DNA from: a virus
Lineage: Duplodnaviria; Caudoviricetes
IMG/VR virus record: IMGVR_UViG_3300037071_002299
Span: 1-58,968 of that record
Length of the DNA stretch: 58,968 bases
Reading direction: 5' to 3' (one strand)
Position numbers and translations under genes: made by a program. A model generated the notes under the pieces. It ran no database searches. It was given only the letters and a program-made list of their open reading frames with translations, and had not been told where the DNA came from. How positions within the stretch are numbered: position 1 is the stretch's first letter; each line of letters begins with the position of its first letter. Of this stretch, positions 26,417-36,228 are shown piece by piece.

Positions 26417-28086
26417 TGGCTAATTGTCAGTACCTGGACGCCGATGGCAGCTTCACCGTAGACCCGGCGACCAAACTTGCCATGTTCGTTGCTGCGGGCG
26501 GGGGTGGCGGGGGTGGTTCCGGGCGCAAGGGCGCGACCAGCACCAACCGCGCCGGTGGCGGCGGGGGCGGCGGGGGTGGCCTTGGATTCTTGGCGCTCGC
26601 GTCCAAGGCGTTGCCGTCTAGCATCGCCGTCACCATCGGACAGGGCGGCGGCGGCGCGGCGGCGCAGACCACGGCTGATACCAACGGCAATGCTGGCACG
26701 GCGGGAACATCGACTACCATCGAGAAGGTGATGATCGTCGGCGGCGGCGGCGCAGGTCCGGGTGGCGCGACCAGCGCTGTCGGTGGACCGGCCGGCGGCA
26801 CGGTGGACACGCAGTTTGGCGTGGGTGCCAACGGCGGCGACGCACGCACGACCGGTGACAAGAACGGACTTAGCCCCGGCGCAACCGCCTACGGCTGCCT
26901 CGTGAAGCCGGGCGGTGGCGGTGGTGGCGGGTACATGACGAATGCCAACTCCCCTACGGCGGGCGGTATTGGATCGCAGTGGACGTTTCTTCCCGGCCAC
27001 GTGGGTGCCGCCGCTGGAACGTCGGGCGCGTCACCGACGCACGGCGTTGATGCGGCGCTGCCCGACAACCCCTACGGCGGCGGCGGTGGTGGTGGCAGCT
27101 CGGTCACAACGAATGCTGCTCGTGGTGGTCACGGACTTGCGTCGCGTGGTGGGGGCGGTGGGGGTGGCGGTGCCGTGCTCAATACCGCCGGCAATTCAGG
27201 TCCGGGCGGCGACGGGGCCGACGGTTACGCAGTGATGATCCCGGTGGAGTCCTTAGTTGATACGCAGAGCTTCGCCGCGAACGGGACATGGACGAAACCG
27301 GGCGGATTGACCGCGCATTCGCAGGTCATGGTGATCCTGTGGGGTGGCGGCGGTGCGGGCGCTGCGGGTAAGAAGAACGTCGTCGGCGGCAGCTTTCGCG
27401 GCGGCGGGGCGGGTGGTGGCGGCGGCATGAGCCTTGGTATTTTTCCCGCTGCCGACTTGCCCAGCACGGTCTCGGTGACTGTCGGCGTCGCGCAGGCCGG
27501 CGGCACGTCATTCACGGCGGACACGACCAGCGGGCCAAACTTGGGCAAGCAATCGGGCAACGACTCATTCTTCGGCAACTTCATCGCAGCGGAGGGCGGC
27601 ACGGGCGGCAACGGCACAACGAATGCGACCGTGGCTGCCGGTAACGGCAGCTTCTTATCGGGGATCACCGGCACCGCTCCGCAATTGACAGGCATCAACG
27701 CCATAGACGGTGAGGATTTTAGAGTGATGTCCGGTTCTGGCGGCAACGGCTGCGGGATCAACTCCGGCGTCGCTGGCAGCGGCGGCGGTGCATCGCGTTA
27801 TGCAACCATCGAGAACATGGGCTTCTGGGCGCGGTCCCCGCCGCCCTCAGGAAGCTCAGTTGGTGACGCGAGCGATGCCGCGCAGGGCGGACCATGGTGG
27901 TCAGGCGGAAGCGGTGGCGGTGCGTCGTCGTTTGTCGGCGGTCGCGGTGGTGACGGTGCAGCAGGTCTCGGTCCCGGCGCACCCGGCGGCGGCGGTGGCA
28001 ATACTGTCAACGATGGCGGCACGAGTCGGTGCGGTGCGGGCGGTGCGGGCGCGCGCGGGCACGTCTACGTGCTGACGTTCAAATAA
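26416..28086 (+). CDS. Glycine-rich tail fibre-like protein (two Gly-rich domains)
   Basis: F.ANGTWTKP..., GGGGGG blocks, G.V.V C-termini. Confidence 0.72.
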   Translation: MANCQYLDADGSFTVDPATKLAMFVAAGGGGGGGSGRKGATSTNRAGGGGGGGGGLGFLALASKALPSSIAVTIGQGGGGAAAQTTADTNGNAGTAGTSTTIEKVMIVGGGGAGPGGATSAVGGPAGGTVDTQFGVGANGGDARTTGDKNGLSPGATAYGCLVKPGGGGGGGYMTNANSPTAGGIGSQWTFLPGHVGAAAGTSGASPTHGVDAALPDNPYGGGGGGGSSVTTNAARGGHGLASRGGGGGGGGAVLNTAGNSGPGGDGADGYAVMIPVESLVDTQSFAANGTWTKPGGLTAHSQVMVILWGGGGAGAAGKKNVVGGSFRGGGAGGGGGMSLGIFPAADLPSTVSVTVGVAQAGGTSFTADTTSGPNLGKQSGNDSFFGNFIAAEGGTGGNGTTNATVAAGNGSFLSGITGTAPQLTGINAIDGEDFRVMSGSGGNGCGINSGVAGSGGGASRYATIENMGFWARSPPPSGSSVGDASDAAQGGPWWSGGSGGGASSFVGGRGGDGAAGLGPGAPGGGGGNTVNDGGTSRCGAGGAGARGHVYVLTFK

Positions 28087-28098
28087 TAGGAGCACGAC

Positions 28099-28485
28099 AT
28101 GAACGCGCGGCGCGCGCTGCTGGTCGCGGTGAGTGGGCTGCTCGCCGGCTGCGGCCAGCTGCTCTACCGAACGACGCACCTGCGCTCCTTCGATCAGCGC
28201 CTGGCGCACGCCTACGGTGTGCATGAGGTGATCATCCAGACCGTGCCGCAGGCGGTGACGATCGGGCACATCACAGAGGCGAATGGCGCGCTGGTGATCA
28301 AGTTGGCGGATCAGGCACGCGAGGTGCTGGAACTCGCGCGCACGCTCGACCTCGACGGCCACGGCGTTGCGGCGGATCAATCGATGCAGCTCGGCTGGAT
28401 GACGCTGCACGCGCTCGATGAGTTTCTGAAGGGGGAGCGGCCGCTCACCTTTCTCAAGGTCTATTCTGAGGCAAAGCCAGACTAG
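28099..28485 (+). CDS. Putative lipoprotein
   Basis: MNARRALLVAVSGLLAG-C lipobox; AGGAG RBS. Confidence 0.7.
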   Translation: MNARRALLVAVSGLLAGCGQLLYRTTHLRSFDQRLAHAYGVHEVIIQTVPQAVTIGHITEANGALVIKLADQAREVLELARTLDLDGHGVAADQSMQLGWMTLHALDEFLKGERPLTFLKVYSEAKPD

Positions 28486-28800
28486 CGATCGGACTCCCGA
28501 ACAGTTGCTCCAGTCATGGCGGGATTCGGCCCACCGATGCCAGTTGGTCTGTGCCACTTCTCGCCCTCGCGGCCTCGCTTCCAGGCTCCGCACTGATAGC
28601 ACCAGAGCAGAGCAACCGAATCGCGCACGGTCGTAATGACCCATAGCGACTGGCGGTGATCGTGTCTAGGCTTGCGCATCGGACGCACTATCCGCTAGTG
28701 CCCTCATGGTATCGCGTGATACTGATCCACAAAGTCACCCGCCGCTGCCAGGTTGTTGAACCACCCTACCCGCCCTTATAGCCCTCCTCTTCCAGCGCAG

Positions 28801-29346
28801 TCAGCCACCCTCGCTGCGCGTCTGAGAGGACCGCTTCCAAAATTCCCAGCGCAATTCTCTAGGCACAATTGGCATCGATTCCGCTTGCTCTTGCGACCAT
28901 CCAGCACGGATACGCTGTTTGAAAACACTGCAGGCTCTGCATATTCTCGCTCCAGCCGGTCGCGCCTTTGTTGGTGGTTTCATGTAGGTGTTCTCGGGCG
29001 TGTACTCATGCCCGCGTGGACAATGTGTGCGTTGTTGTGAATGGTGTCGGCCCTTACGTATGCAGTCCTGCATATTTTGTTTTTGTGTGCCGAGCCAGAG
29101 ATGTTCAGGATTGACACAACGCCTATTGTCACAGCTATGACATACATCCATGCCATCGATGATCGGACCTTTGAACAGATGATAAGAAAGTCTGTGCGCG
29201 CTCCAGCCGCGATTCTGATAAGCGATGGTCACATAGCCAGTCGGTTTGACGTGGCGCCGCCGAAATTCCCAGCATCCTGAATCGACGACATCTACCAGCA
29301 ATCTAAGACGTTTGCGGTACCAGTCATCAGTGCGAGAGCGAATCAT
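28801..29346 (-). CDS. HNH homing endonuclease with Zn-finger tail
   Basis: GCWE, AHRLSY, CHSCDNRRCVNPEHL, THCPRGH. Confidence 0.9.
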   Translation of the reverse strand: MIRSRTDDWYRKRLRLLVDVVDSGCWEFRRRHVKPTGYVTIAYQNRGWSAHRLSYHLFKGPIIDGMDVCHSCDNRRCVNPEHLWLGTQKQNMQDCIRKGRHHSQQRTHCPRGHEYTPENTYMKPPTKARPAGARICRACSVFKQRIRAGWSQEQAESMPIVPRELRWEFWKRSSQTRSEGG

Positions 29347-29741
29347 CGTCGCCACTCCGGTAGAGCGTGATACTGATCGATAAAGTCGCGGCAGGCGTCG
29401 ACGTCGTGAAAAACGCCGACGCACCAGCCCTGCGACTCTAGGCCCTCAAGCCATAGCTGTTGATCGATCGACAGCTTTTGTTTCGCGTCGCGTTTCAACT
29501 CAATCGCGAGGCCCGCGTAATCACCGCGCCGTGCTCTGCACTCCAAATCCGGTATGCCCCGCTTCCAGCCGAGGCCCTTAAAGATCGCTGCGCGCTTCGG
29601 GTCAATCGCCACTCCGCTCGGGCAATGATTCGTCAACTGCCAAGTCTTCGGGTACTGCAAAGACCACCACTTCGCCACCGCGCGCTGCAGATCGCTCTCG
29701 GGGTGCTGCCGTGGGGCGCGTAGCGAGAGCCGCCGTGTCAT
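29343..29741 (-). CDS. VRR-NUC nuclease/Holliday junction resolvase-like
   Basis: ESDLQ, GIPDL, IELK, Q..WL..L...GW. Confidence 0.85.
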   Translation of the reverse strand: MTRRLSLRAPRQHPESDLQRAVAKWWSLQYPKTWQLTNHCPSGVAIDPKRAAIFKGLGWKRGIPDLECRARRGDYAGLAIELKRDAKQKLSIDQQLWLEGLESQGWCVGVFHDVDACRDFIDQYHALPEWRR

Positions 29742-29953
29742 CCGCGTTCCTTCTTTTCCAGATAGGCCGCCAGCACCACCGGCCACACGTCGCGAAAGAA
29801 CACCGACTTCAACGGAAACCCCGCCTGCCGCTTGGCGCGGGGAATCATTCCGATGATCTGTGCGTGGCGCCGGTTGAGCGATTGCAAGCGTGCGAGTGCG
29901 GCGCGCAGCAGCTCGTTCTCTTCCTTGAGTTGCGCCTTGGTCTGCCTGGTCAT
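29738..29953 (-). CDS. Hypothetical protein
   Basis: Overlapping stop/start chain; MTRQTKAQ start. Confidence 0.55.
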   Translation of the reverse strand: MTRQTKAQLKEENELLRAALARLQSLNRRHAQIIGMIPRAKRQAGFPLKSVFFRDVWPVVLAAYLEKKERG

Positions 29954-30048
29954 CTGCGTCCAATCAGCGCGGCGACCGTGCCGAGAATGTAGCCGAGCGC
30001 AAAGATCAGCAGCACGCCCCACACCGAACTCACCGCGCACATCGTCAT
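29950..30048 (-). CDS. 32-aa single-TM peptide (below ORF track cut-off)
   Basis: MTMCAVSSVWGVLLIFALGYILGTVAALIGRR with ATGA overlaps at both ends. Confidence 0.5.
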   Translation of the reverse strand: MTMCAVSSVWGVLLIFALGYILGTVAALIGRR

Positions 30049-30296
30049 TCTCCGTCGCCGAACATCCCGCCGATCAAAAACCCAAACAGCCCCGCCACAC
30101 CCAGCCCAAGCGTGTTGTCGGGAGTGATGCGTTGACCACTACGGATGGCTGCCCTCAGATCAAATGCCTGCCGGTCCTTTGCGCAGTCACGTTCGCAGAA
30201 CGGAGCCTCACATCGCTCTCCGTTGAACGGACAGAATCCGTCCTGCTTGGGAACACTGGGCCGGGGCAAGGGCAGGCCGGGAGGGCTACTTGCCAT
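30045..30296 (-). CDS. Hypothetical protein with Cys cluster and C-terminal TM
   Basis: Operon chain; CPF..C..C..C motif. Confidence 0.5.
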   Translation of the reverse strand: MASSPPGLPLPRPSVPKQDGFCPFNGERCEAPFCERDCAKDRQAFDLRAAIRSGQRITPDNTLGLGVAGLFGFLIGGMFGDGE

Positions 30297-30534
30297 ACCC
30301 TTCTCCGTTTTTCTCCGGCTTGGGCAGATCCACCGCTGCAATCGTGACGCGAGCGGTGCCCTCAACTTCTTCAAGAACCACGTTCAGCGTCAGGGTGAGG
30401 TGGTAGACCGCGCCCATGGCTGCCTCAAAGGTGGCGCCGGTCACACCGTCCATCTTTCGACCGTCGAGGTAGACCTCTGTCCCCCGCGTAGAACCGTTGT
30501 CGGTGTGCGGGTTGACGATGCGGACCCTGTGCAT
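30286..30534 (-). CDS. Hypothetical protein
   Basis: GAGGTG RBS; operon chain. Confidence 0.6.
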   Translation of the reverse strand: MHRVRIVNPHTDNGSTRGTEVYLDGRKMDGVTGATFEAAMGAVYHLTLTLNVVLEEVEGTARVTIAAVDLPKPEKNGEGYGK

Positions 30535-30554
30535 GGCAGTTCACCTCACTTCAT

Positions 30555-30770
30555 TCAGTTCAACTTTGTGCATGGCTCGATGCAGCGGATGCGTTGCCCC
30601 TGCAGGTGTGACAAGCCCTTGCGCTTCGCGGCATCGAACTGGGCGATCACATCCTCGCGGCTCTTGGCCTCGATGAAATACTCACTCACCAACATTGCGC
30701 CGTCGGGCAACGAGATGGGTGCCTCGTCCGATGGCTCAACCGGGCGCTCCAGTTCGACGCGGAATCTCAT
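30555..30770 (-). CDS. Hypothetical protein
   Basis: AAGGAAG RBS before MRFRVE. Confidence 0.55.
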   Translation of the reverse strand: MRFRVELERPVEPSDEAPISLPDGAMLVSEYFIEAKSREDVIAQFDAAKRKGLSHLQGQRIRCIEPCTKLN

Positions 30771-30793
30771 CGCTGCTTCCTTTATCGTCTGCA

Positions 30794-31387
30794 CTATCCG
30801 CTGCTTGCTAACAACAATAGTGAGAGCTGTTCCGCCTCACGCGCACCCCACTGCGCCGCCATCGCTTTCGCGAGCCCACTATAGGTGCGACTGCGCTCCC
30901 TCCAACGATCCTCACTCGGCGCCATGCGATGCACGCGCGCCTCTCTCCCATCGACAATCTCGGTCGGCCACAGCCGCGGTAATCCCTTCAGCCACAGACA
31001 CGTCGCCTTTGTCTCTCCGTGCCCGAATTGCCACGGTTGCAATATCTGATCCGGCGGTCGCCAGAAACTACTCAAAATGCTGATCGGATTCTCGATTGCG
31101 ATGCGCTCAATCGGCGCGGCTGCCAGTTGCAGGACGAAGCCGAGACTGTGCGCCTGCTCATCGCGTTTGTCCTTGAACCACCGAGCCCCCGAGACCGACA
31201 GGTGTGTGCAGGGCGGGTGGGCAATGAGCAAGTCCCACCCGGCATCTAGGAAGTCCCGAATGTCGCCCTGGTAGTGCTGGCCGTTCGTCTCCGACGGCAA
31301 CACGTCGCAGGACCAGGCGTCATGCCCGAGGACCGTGAAGGCGTCCCGCACGACCCCGGAGAACTCGCAGGCGACAAGGACTCTCAT
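30794..31387 (-). CDS. Short DNA cytosine methyltransferase-like protein
   Basis: MRVLVACEFSG (motif I variant), AHPPC (motif IV), IENP (motif VI). Confidence 0.75.
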   Translation of the reverse strand: MRVLVACEFSGVVRDAFTVLGHDAWSCDVLPSETNGQHYQGDIRDFLDAGWDLLIAHPPCTHLSVSGARWFKDKRDEQAHSLGFVLQLAAAPIERIAIENPISILSSFWRPPDQILQPWQFGHGETKATCLWLKGLPRLWPTEIVDGREARVHRMAPSEDRWRERSRTYSGLAKAMAAQWGAREAEQLSLLLLASSG

Positions 31388-31983
31388 GGGGTCACTGAGG
31401 AATCAGGAGAAGCTCTCCGGCGAGCGGATTCGACAACCCGCACTCGATGGCACGCCCGGCACTGTTTCTGTCCGTTTGGCGCAACGTAGAGGTTATCGCC
31501 GGATAGCGGGTGTCCGTGCTTGCAATGCGTCACGATCCTTCTGCCCCGATTCCTCGCCTTGCCCCGCTGGCGTATCCGGTGACACTCGCGGCAGTTCCTG
31601 TGCCCCGTAGTTGGGTGCAGATAGCTATGCTCCGCGTAGGCGTGTCCGTGCGGGCAGTGCGTCTTGGCTAGCGCGTAGTGCTGTCCCTTGCTAACCACGT
31701 CCAGGCTATTCGCTCGCTGATCCCCGAGCCATAAGTGATCCGGGTTGCAGCAGGGTTTGTTGTCGCAACTGTGGCAGACATCCATCCCGGCCGGGATCTC
31801 TCCCTTGTGGAGCCGATAGGACGCCCGGTGCGCGCTCCACTTCTTGCCGTGCAAGTAGATTTGGCCGTACCCGCTCGGGTGACGAAAGCCCTGCCATTCC
31901 CAGCAACCAGACGGGACGACTTTGCAGCGGGCCTGCAATCGCGCCCGGTAGTAGTCGTCTGTCCGTGGCGGGTGGCAGCTCAT
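31384..31983 (-). CDS. HNH homing endonuclease with two Zn-finger repeats
   Basis: GCWEWQG, AHRASY, CHSCDNKPCCNPDHL, THCPHGH, THCKHGH. Confidence 0.9.
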   Translation of the reverse strand: MSCHPPRTDDYYRARLQARCKVVPSGCWEWQGFRHPSGYGQIYLHGKKWSAHRASYRLHKGEIPAGMDVCHSCDNKPCCNPDHLWLGDQRANSLDVVSKGQHYALAKTHCPHGHAYAEHSYLHPTTGHRNCRECHRIRQRGKARNRGRRIVTHCKHGHPLSGDNLYVAPNGQKQCRACHRVRVVESARRRASPDSSVTP

Positions 31984-32711
31984 TCGACACCCCTCGATTT
32001 ATCCGAAGCTCTCAGTGGCAACTGCGCCGGGTTGAACGCCTTACGCGCTATCGCCCACTCGGCGAGTCGGTCATCCACGCCAACGTCTACGCCGTCATCA
32101 TCGGTCAATTGCTCGATAAGGTAGTCAGCGCGTTCTACTAGGTCGGTCGCCTGTTCCAGCAGACCAGCTATTTCGACCGCATCCCGGCTTTCATCGCGCA
32201 GGAGCTTCCGCGTAAACTCAATCGCTGGCGTCTCGTCAGCGGCTCCATCAAGCAAGCAAATTGCCTTATGCGCCGCTTGGGCGTCGTGGAGCGTTTCAAA
32301 CTCCAGGATGACCCGATAGCACCCGGTTGGCCCGGCCTCGCAGATCGCATAGATGCGCTTGATAAGCGCGGAGCGCAGGGGATTTGAGGCGGGCTGCGGC
32401 GTCTCGTCCGCTGTTCCAAACGCGCGACGGCGCAACTCAGTCCGCCAGTAGAATCGGCGTTTATATTTCCCTGCCAGCAGTTCGGGCTCCTCTGGGAACT
32501 CGTCTCGCTCACCGAGCGCCCAATAGACCACCTCCCGCAGCCGCTCGATCTCGTCGGCGGCGTGCTGAGCCCACGCAAAGGACAGGGTGCGGAGCGCGTA
32601 GACAACGTCCGGCGGATTTGAGGGGAGTGGCGCTTTGTCTGTCATCGGGTAGTACCCATCGGTCATCCACTTGAGCTGATCGGCCCACTTGTCGACACGC
32701 CAGCCCATCAA
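31980..32711 (-). CDS. Hypothetical mosaic protein
   Basis: AADEIERLR motif common in phage early proteins; ADET repeated. Confidence 0.6.
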   Translation of the reverse strand: MMGWRVDKWADQLKWMTDGYYPMTDKAPLPSNPPDVVYALRTLSFAWAQHAADEIERLREVVYWALGERDEFPEEPELLAGKYKRRFYWRTELRRRAFGTADETPQPASNPLRSALIKRIYAICEAGPTGCYRVILEFETLHDAQAAHKAICLLDGAADETPAIEFTRKLLRDESRDAVEIAGLLEQATDLVERADYLIEQLTDDDGVDVGVDDRLAEWAIARKAFNPAQLPLRASDKSRGVE

Positions 32712-32908
32712 GGGCTCGCCGTCGGCTGATCCGTTGTTGCGTTCTCGATTGCATCATGGAGTGCCGCGATCCCGGTAAAAACTGGAGTAGGGTCGTCCGT
32801 GTGGATTCGCTCATTCAGTCCCGCAAGCACCAGCCTTGCAGCCGATAACAATTGATCCCGTTGCTGTTTCAAGATCGCCACGTCGGCCATTAGCTCAAGT
32901 GTGGGCAT
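32708..32908 (-). CDS. Hypothetical protein
   Basis: GGAG RBS before MPTLEL. Confidence 0.55.
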   Translation of the reverse strand: MPTLELMADVAILKQQRDQLLSAARLVLAGLNERIHTDDPTPVFTGIAALHDAIENATTDQPTASP

Positions 32909-33299
32909 CGTTGTCTCCGTCCGGTGTTGCCGATGCGTGAACAGTGGCTCTCTTGCAGCCCGGCTTGTGGGATAGCTGACCGAGCATCGTGTAAGTGCGG
33001 GACTTGCATTCCCCGCAGTGGCCGACACCCCGCAGCCGGCGCCGAGGTGTTTTTTCTACGCCCTCGACGCCCTTGATCGGGAACTCAAATACCAGCCAGT
33101 CCTCGTCTCGCATTTTGTTGAAGTCGCCCTGCTCGGCCACTACGTTCTTCCATTCCCTCACGTAGAAGCCGTCGAGCGCCCATGAGCAGCGTTTGTCCTT
33201 GCGCGGGCAGTCCGCCATTGCCGCCTCGAGCGTGGCATACACGCCATGCAGCGTGCAGTTGTCGTGGTAGGGGCTGCACACAAGAATGTAGACCTTCAT
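32895..33299 (-). CDS. Hypothetical protein
   Basis: MKVYILVC start with GGAG RBS. Confidence 0.55.
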   Translation of the reverse strand: MKVYILVCSPYHDNCTLHGVYATLEAAMADCPRKDKRCSWALDGFYVREWKNVVAEQGDFNKMRDEDWLVFEFPIKGVEGVEKTPRRRLRGVGHCGECKSRTYTMLGQLSHKPGCKRATVHASATPDGDNDAHT

Positions 33300-33321
33300 G
33301 GCTCCGTTCCTTTGTCCGATG

Positions 33322-33858
33322 TCATCGACCGTTTGCAGGCGGGCTGGCGCGTTCATCGGCGATCGGCAGTTCCTCGGCATGATCTTCCAGCATCACAAAG
33401 CGGATGAATTCCATCGGGCAGAAGTAACATTCCTGCGCGACGTTCACATAGCGCCGATCGCGCGTGGTGGCGACCGTCCATGCCTTGTGATCTTCGACCA
33501 TCGCAATCGCGGCGCACTTGAGATCGTTGCTGACGACGATGTAGGCAAATGGCTTCGGCGTGGCCCGATCGAATGAGTGTCGGGCGCATACGATGAAATC
33601 CGAGTAGGGCCAGCTTGCCCGGCCAGTGAAGCAGAAGCCGCGTTTCTTAACCTCGATGCGCTGATTGATGTAGAGATCACCCTGATCCGCAAAGTCTTCC
33701 CAGGCTTTGCGGTTCGGGGCCTGTCCACTGCGCGGCACGGACACGCTGTAGCCGCGCGTGTGCAGCCACCTCGCCACGCGCCATACGGTCTGGTCACTCG
33801 CGGCGAGGTGGTTGAGGAACCGACGATGGTCCTCGTCCTTCTCCAGTTCACTCGCCAT
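33322..33858 (-). CDS. PD-(D/E)XK-like nuclease-fold protein
   Basis: DQGDL...IEVKKR motif. Confidence 0.55.
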   Translation of the reverse strand: MASELEKDEDHRRFLNHLAASDQTVWRVARWLHTRGYSVSVPRSGQAPNRKAWEDFADQGDLYINQRIEVKKRGFCFTGRASWPYSDFIVCARHSFDRATPKPFAYIVVSNDLKCAAIAMVEDHKAWTVATTRDRRYVNVAQECYFCPMEFIRFVMLEDHAEELPIADERASPPANGR

Positions 33859-34789
33859 GCGAGGGATCAGCCTGCTCGGGCGGCTGCGCGTTCTCGTCGG
33901 CGATCGACAGTGCGGGCTGATCGGCCTCGTCTTTCTTGCCGCGCTTGCGAAGCGCCGCCTTGGCGCCCTCGACACCGACGCCCACCGGCTCGTCGGCGCC
34001 TTTCGTTTCCTCGATCTCAAACCACTCGCTCGCCGTCGACATGCCATCCTTGAGCGAGTTGTAGACCTTGCTGAGATTGACCATCAGCGCAGGCGTGATG
34101 GTCTCGACGCGACGCTGGATGCGCTTCTCGATCATGGCGCGGGTCACACCGAGCTTCTCAAACGTCTTCACCAGCGACTCGATGCGGGCCGGGGTGATCT
34201 GCACCTTGGTGGTCAAGGTCTGCTTGCACTGCTCGATGGCGGCATCGGAGACATCCGCCGGGATCACGGCCAGCAGGCAAGCACGCTTGCGACGTGCGCC
34301 TTGGTTGGCGATCACTTCGTAGATGTCACGCTCGTCGGTGACGACGTAGCCGCCGCCATGCTTGCGGTCGCGCCAGTGCTTGACCTGAAACCGCTTCTCG
34401 TCGCGGAAGTTCGTCTCCAGATCCCACGCAAAGGCGAGGCACTCGGAGTAGCTGCCGCGGCGCTCGATCTCGGTCACGCCGCAGAGGATGTTGCCCCAGT
34501 TGCGGGCGATCTCCTCGACCAGGCGGATCGAAGCACCCTCGATGTCGGTGCCGCCGCGGGCGTACTGGTACATCGCCTCCTGTGCCAGCGTCTCGCGGGT
34601 GCAGGCGGCGAGGATGCGGTCCATCGCACGCACCGGGTCGCGCGGGAAGCGTTGTGCGACCACCATCGCGGCCTGCACCTCGGCCACCTCGCGCTGCACA
34701 AGGGCGGTGGTGGCGGCGGTCGCCGGCACCGCCGGCGTCACGACGAAGGGATTGGCGATCGGCTCTGGAACATTGGTCACTGCGTTCAT
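33848..34789 (-). CDS. Putative single-strand annealing/recombination protein
   Basis: Directly after the YqaJ exonuclease; AQRFPRD, IRLVEE, AWDLETN, GARRKRACL motifs. Confidence 0.6.
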   Translation of the reverse strand: MNAVTNVPEPIANPFVVTPAVPATAATTALVQREVAEVQAAMVVAQRFPRDPVRAMDRILAACTRETLAQEAMYQYARGGTDIEGASIRLVEEIARNWGNILCGVTEIERRGSYSECLAFAWDLETNFRDEKRFQVKHWRDRKHGGGYVVTDERDIYEVIANQGARRKRACLLAVIPADVSDAAIEQCKQTLTTKVQITPARIESLVKTFEKLGVTRAMIEKRIQRRVETITPALMVNLSKVYNSLKDGMSTASEWFEIEETKGADEPVGVGVEGAKAALRKRGKKDEADQPALSIADENAQPPEQADPSHGE

Positions 34790-34822
34790 GTCTTAGCTCT
34801 CCCGTGTTGGGTGTTTATCGAT

Positions 34823-35713
34823 TCAACTCTTGGTCTGTATCCATCGGGCGTCGATGAAGGTCGTCTCGGGCACGCTGTACGCCTTACGGGTCTGCAGCTT
34901 ACGCCGCAGCGCCTTGCCGTCGAGAAAGCGCAACTCCGCCGCCTCGCCCATCGCCCACATGAGATGCGCTTTGGCCGTGTCGGCGGCGCCGTGATACACC
35001 TGCGCTCGCTCGCTCGCATCTTCGTACACGACGCGCCAGTGGTCGAGCATCGCATCGGCGGTGAGGATCTCGCCGTTGGTGCCGGGGTTCAACTTGCGGA
35101 CGATCTCCAGTGCGCGCGGGTGCGTGAGGTCGACCTCGGGCGGGGTGCGTGAGAGCACCGCATCCCAGAACGCGCGCTCACCCTCGATGAGCATCTCCTG
35201 CAGTTCGCGGTCGGCCGGGATCTCGTACTGTCGATACTCCTGACCGCCGATCAGCACCGCGACATCCGCGACGGGCAGTGAGGTGATGCAGAGATAATGC
35301 TGCACCTGCAGCAGATAGTTCTGCGGAATCTGATCGGTGTCGGGCTCGCCCCAACCCTGCGCCGAGCGGGCCGTCTTCACCTCCAGCAGCCGCTCGTCGC
35401 TGGTAATGCCATCGACGTTGGCAACCATGAACGAATGCTCCGGATGCACCAGCGTGGCGGGTGGCACATGCACCGAGCGCCCGGTGCGGCTCGCGTACTC
35501 TTGGCGGATCACGGGCTCAAGCAGAATGCCCCAGCGCATCGGTTCGTTCGGCGTCGTCTCAATTTCGATCGTGACGTCATCGCCAAGGGCCGCGCACTTT
35601 TGATGGTAGAGCTCGATCGGTGCTTTCCACGGACTCAAGCCCAGTGCCGCGGCACAGTCGGAGCCGCCAATGCCGCTCGCGCGGGCCTGTTGCTGTTCTG
35701 CTGTCAATGCCAT
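34823..35713 (-). CDS. YqaJ-like viral recombinase exonuclease
   Basis: GIGGSD...GLSPW, WG..LE, ANVDG, LEVKT, Y..QVQHY. Confidence 0.92.
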   Translation of the reverse strand: MALTAEQQQARASGIGGSDCAAALGLSPWKAPIELYHQKCAALGDDVTIEIETTPNEPMRWGILLEPVIRQEYASRTGRSVHVPPATLVHPEHSFMVANVDGITSDERLLEVKTARSAQGWGEPDTDQIPQNYLLQVQHYLCITSLPVADVAVLIGGQEYRQYEIPADRELQEMLIEGERAFWDAVLSRTPPEVDLTHPRALEIVRKLNPGTNGEILTADAMLDHWRVVYEDASERAQVYHGAADTAKAHLMWAMGEAAELRFLDGKALRRKLQTRKAYSVPETTFIDARWIQTKS

Positions 35714-35745
35714 CGTCTATCTCCCGTGTTGCCTGAACAAGGTGC

Positions 35746-35910
35746 TCATAATCCGCAGTCTCCGCGTTCGCAGCAGCGGCACAGTCGGTGCAGGATGCAA
35801 TCGCTCGGCGCCTGGTCGGGTGGCATGTACCAGTGGGTCCACAACTGGCCGCAGGCGGTGCAGATCACGTCGACTTCGACGCGGTCGATCATGGCGCGGG
35901 ATGAATTCAT
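35746..35910 (-). CDS. Small Cys-rich protein (54 aa, below ORF track cut-off)
   Basis: CTAC...CRCC..C; ATGA overlap with the upstream gene. Confidence 0.45.
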   Translation of the reverse strand: MNSSRAMIDRVEVDVICTACGQLWTHWYMPPDQAPSDCILHRLCRCCERGDCGL

Positions 35911-36113
35911 TTCTGCTCCTGTCCGAACCGACCGTCGAATACCCTGCGCTGATCCTCAAGACCTTGTCGGTAACCGCGCAGATACGCGAGGCGCAGAGCG
36001 CGCTCGAGGGTGGCTCGGTCCGTCGGCTGGGTGTCGCACCAATGCAAGATCCGCAGGACTTCCGCGGTATCCGGTGGCAACTTCAGCACGTATGCGGTTT
36101 CGACCGTGATCAA
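35907..36113 (-). CDS. Hypothetical protein, first gene of leftward operon
   Basis: CACGGGAG motif upstream; TTG start. Confidence 0.55.
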   Translation of the reverse strand: MITVETAYVLKLPPDTAEVLRILHWCDTQPTDRATLERALRLAYLRGYRQGLEDQRRVFDGRFGQEQK

Positions 36114-36138
36114 GTGATCTCCCGTGAGCAGTCGTCGG

Positions 36139-36218
36139 AGATTACGGCCGCGAATGATGTGCTGTCAATACTCGCTGTAATCGAACGCTTGACAGCCGGC
36201 GAATATGGCAGGTACTTT
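36139..36218. promoter_or_regulatory. Divergent sigma70-type promoters
   Basis: Leftward TTGACA(36168-36163)-N18-TAATCT; rightward TTGACA(36189)-N18-TACTTT. Confidence 0.65.
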
Positions 36219-36228
36219 GCGCTCCACT

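Noticed and set aside
21765-28086. Diversity-generating retroelement targeting tail fibres
   Set aside because: No reverse transcriptase motifs and no template/variable repeat pair seen.
33758-35152. 464-aa plus-strand ORF
   Set aside because: Shadow of the recombination genes on the minus strand.
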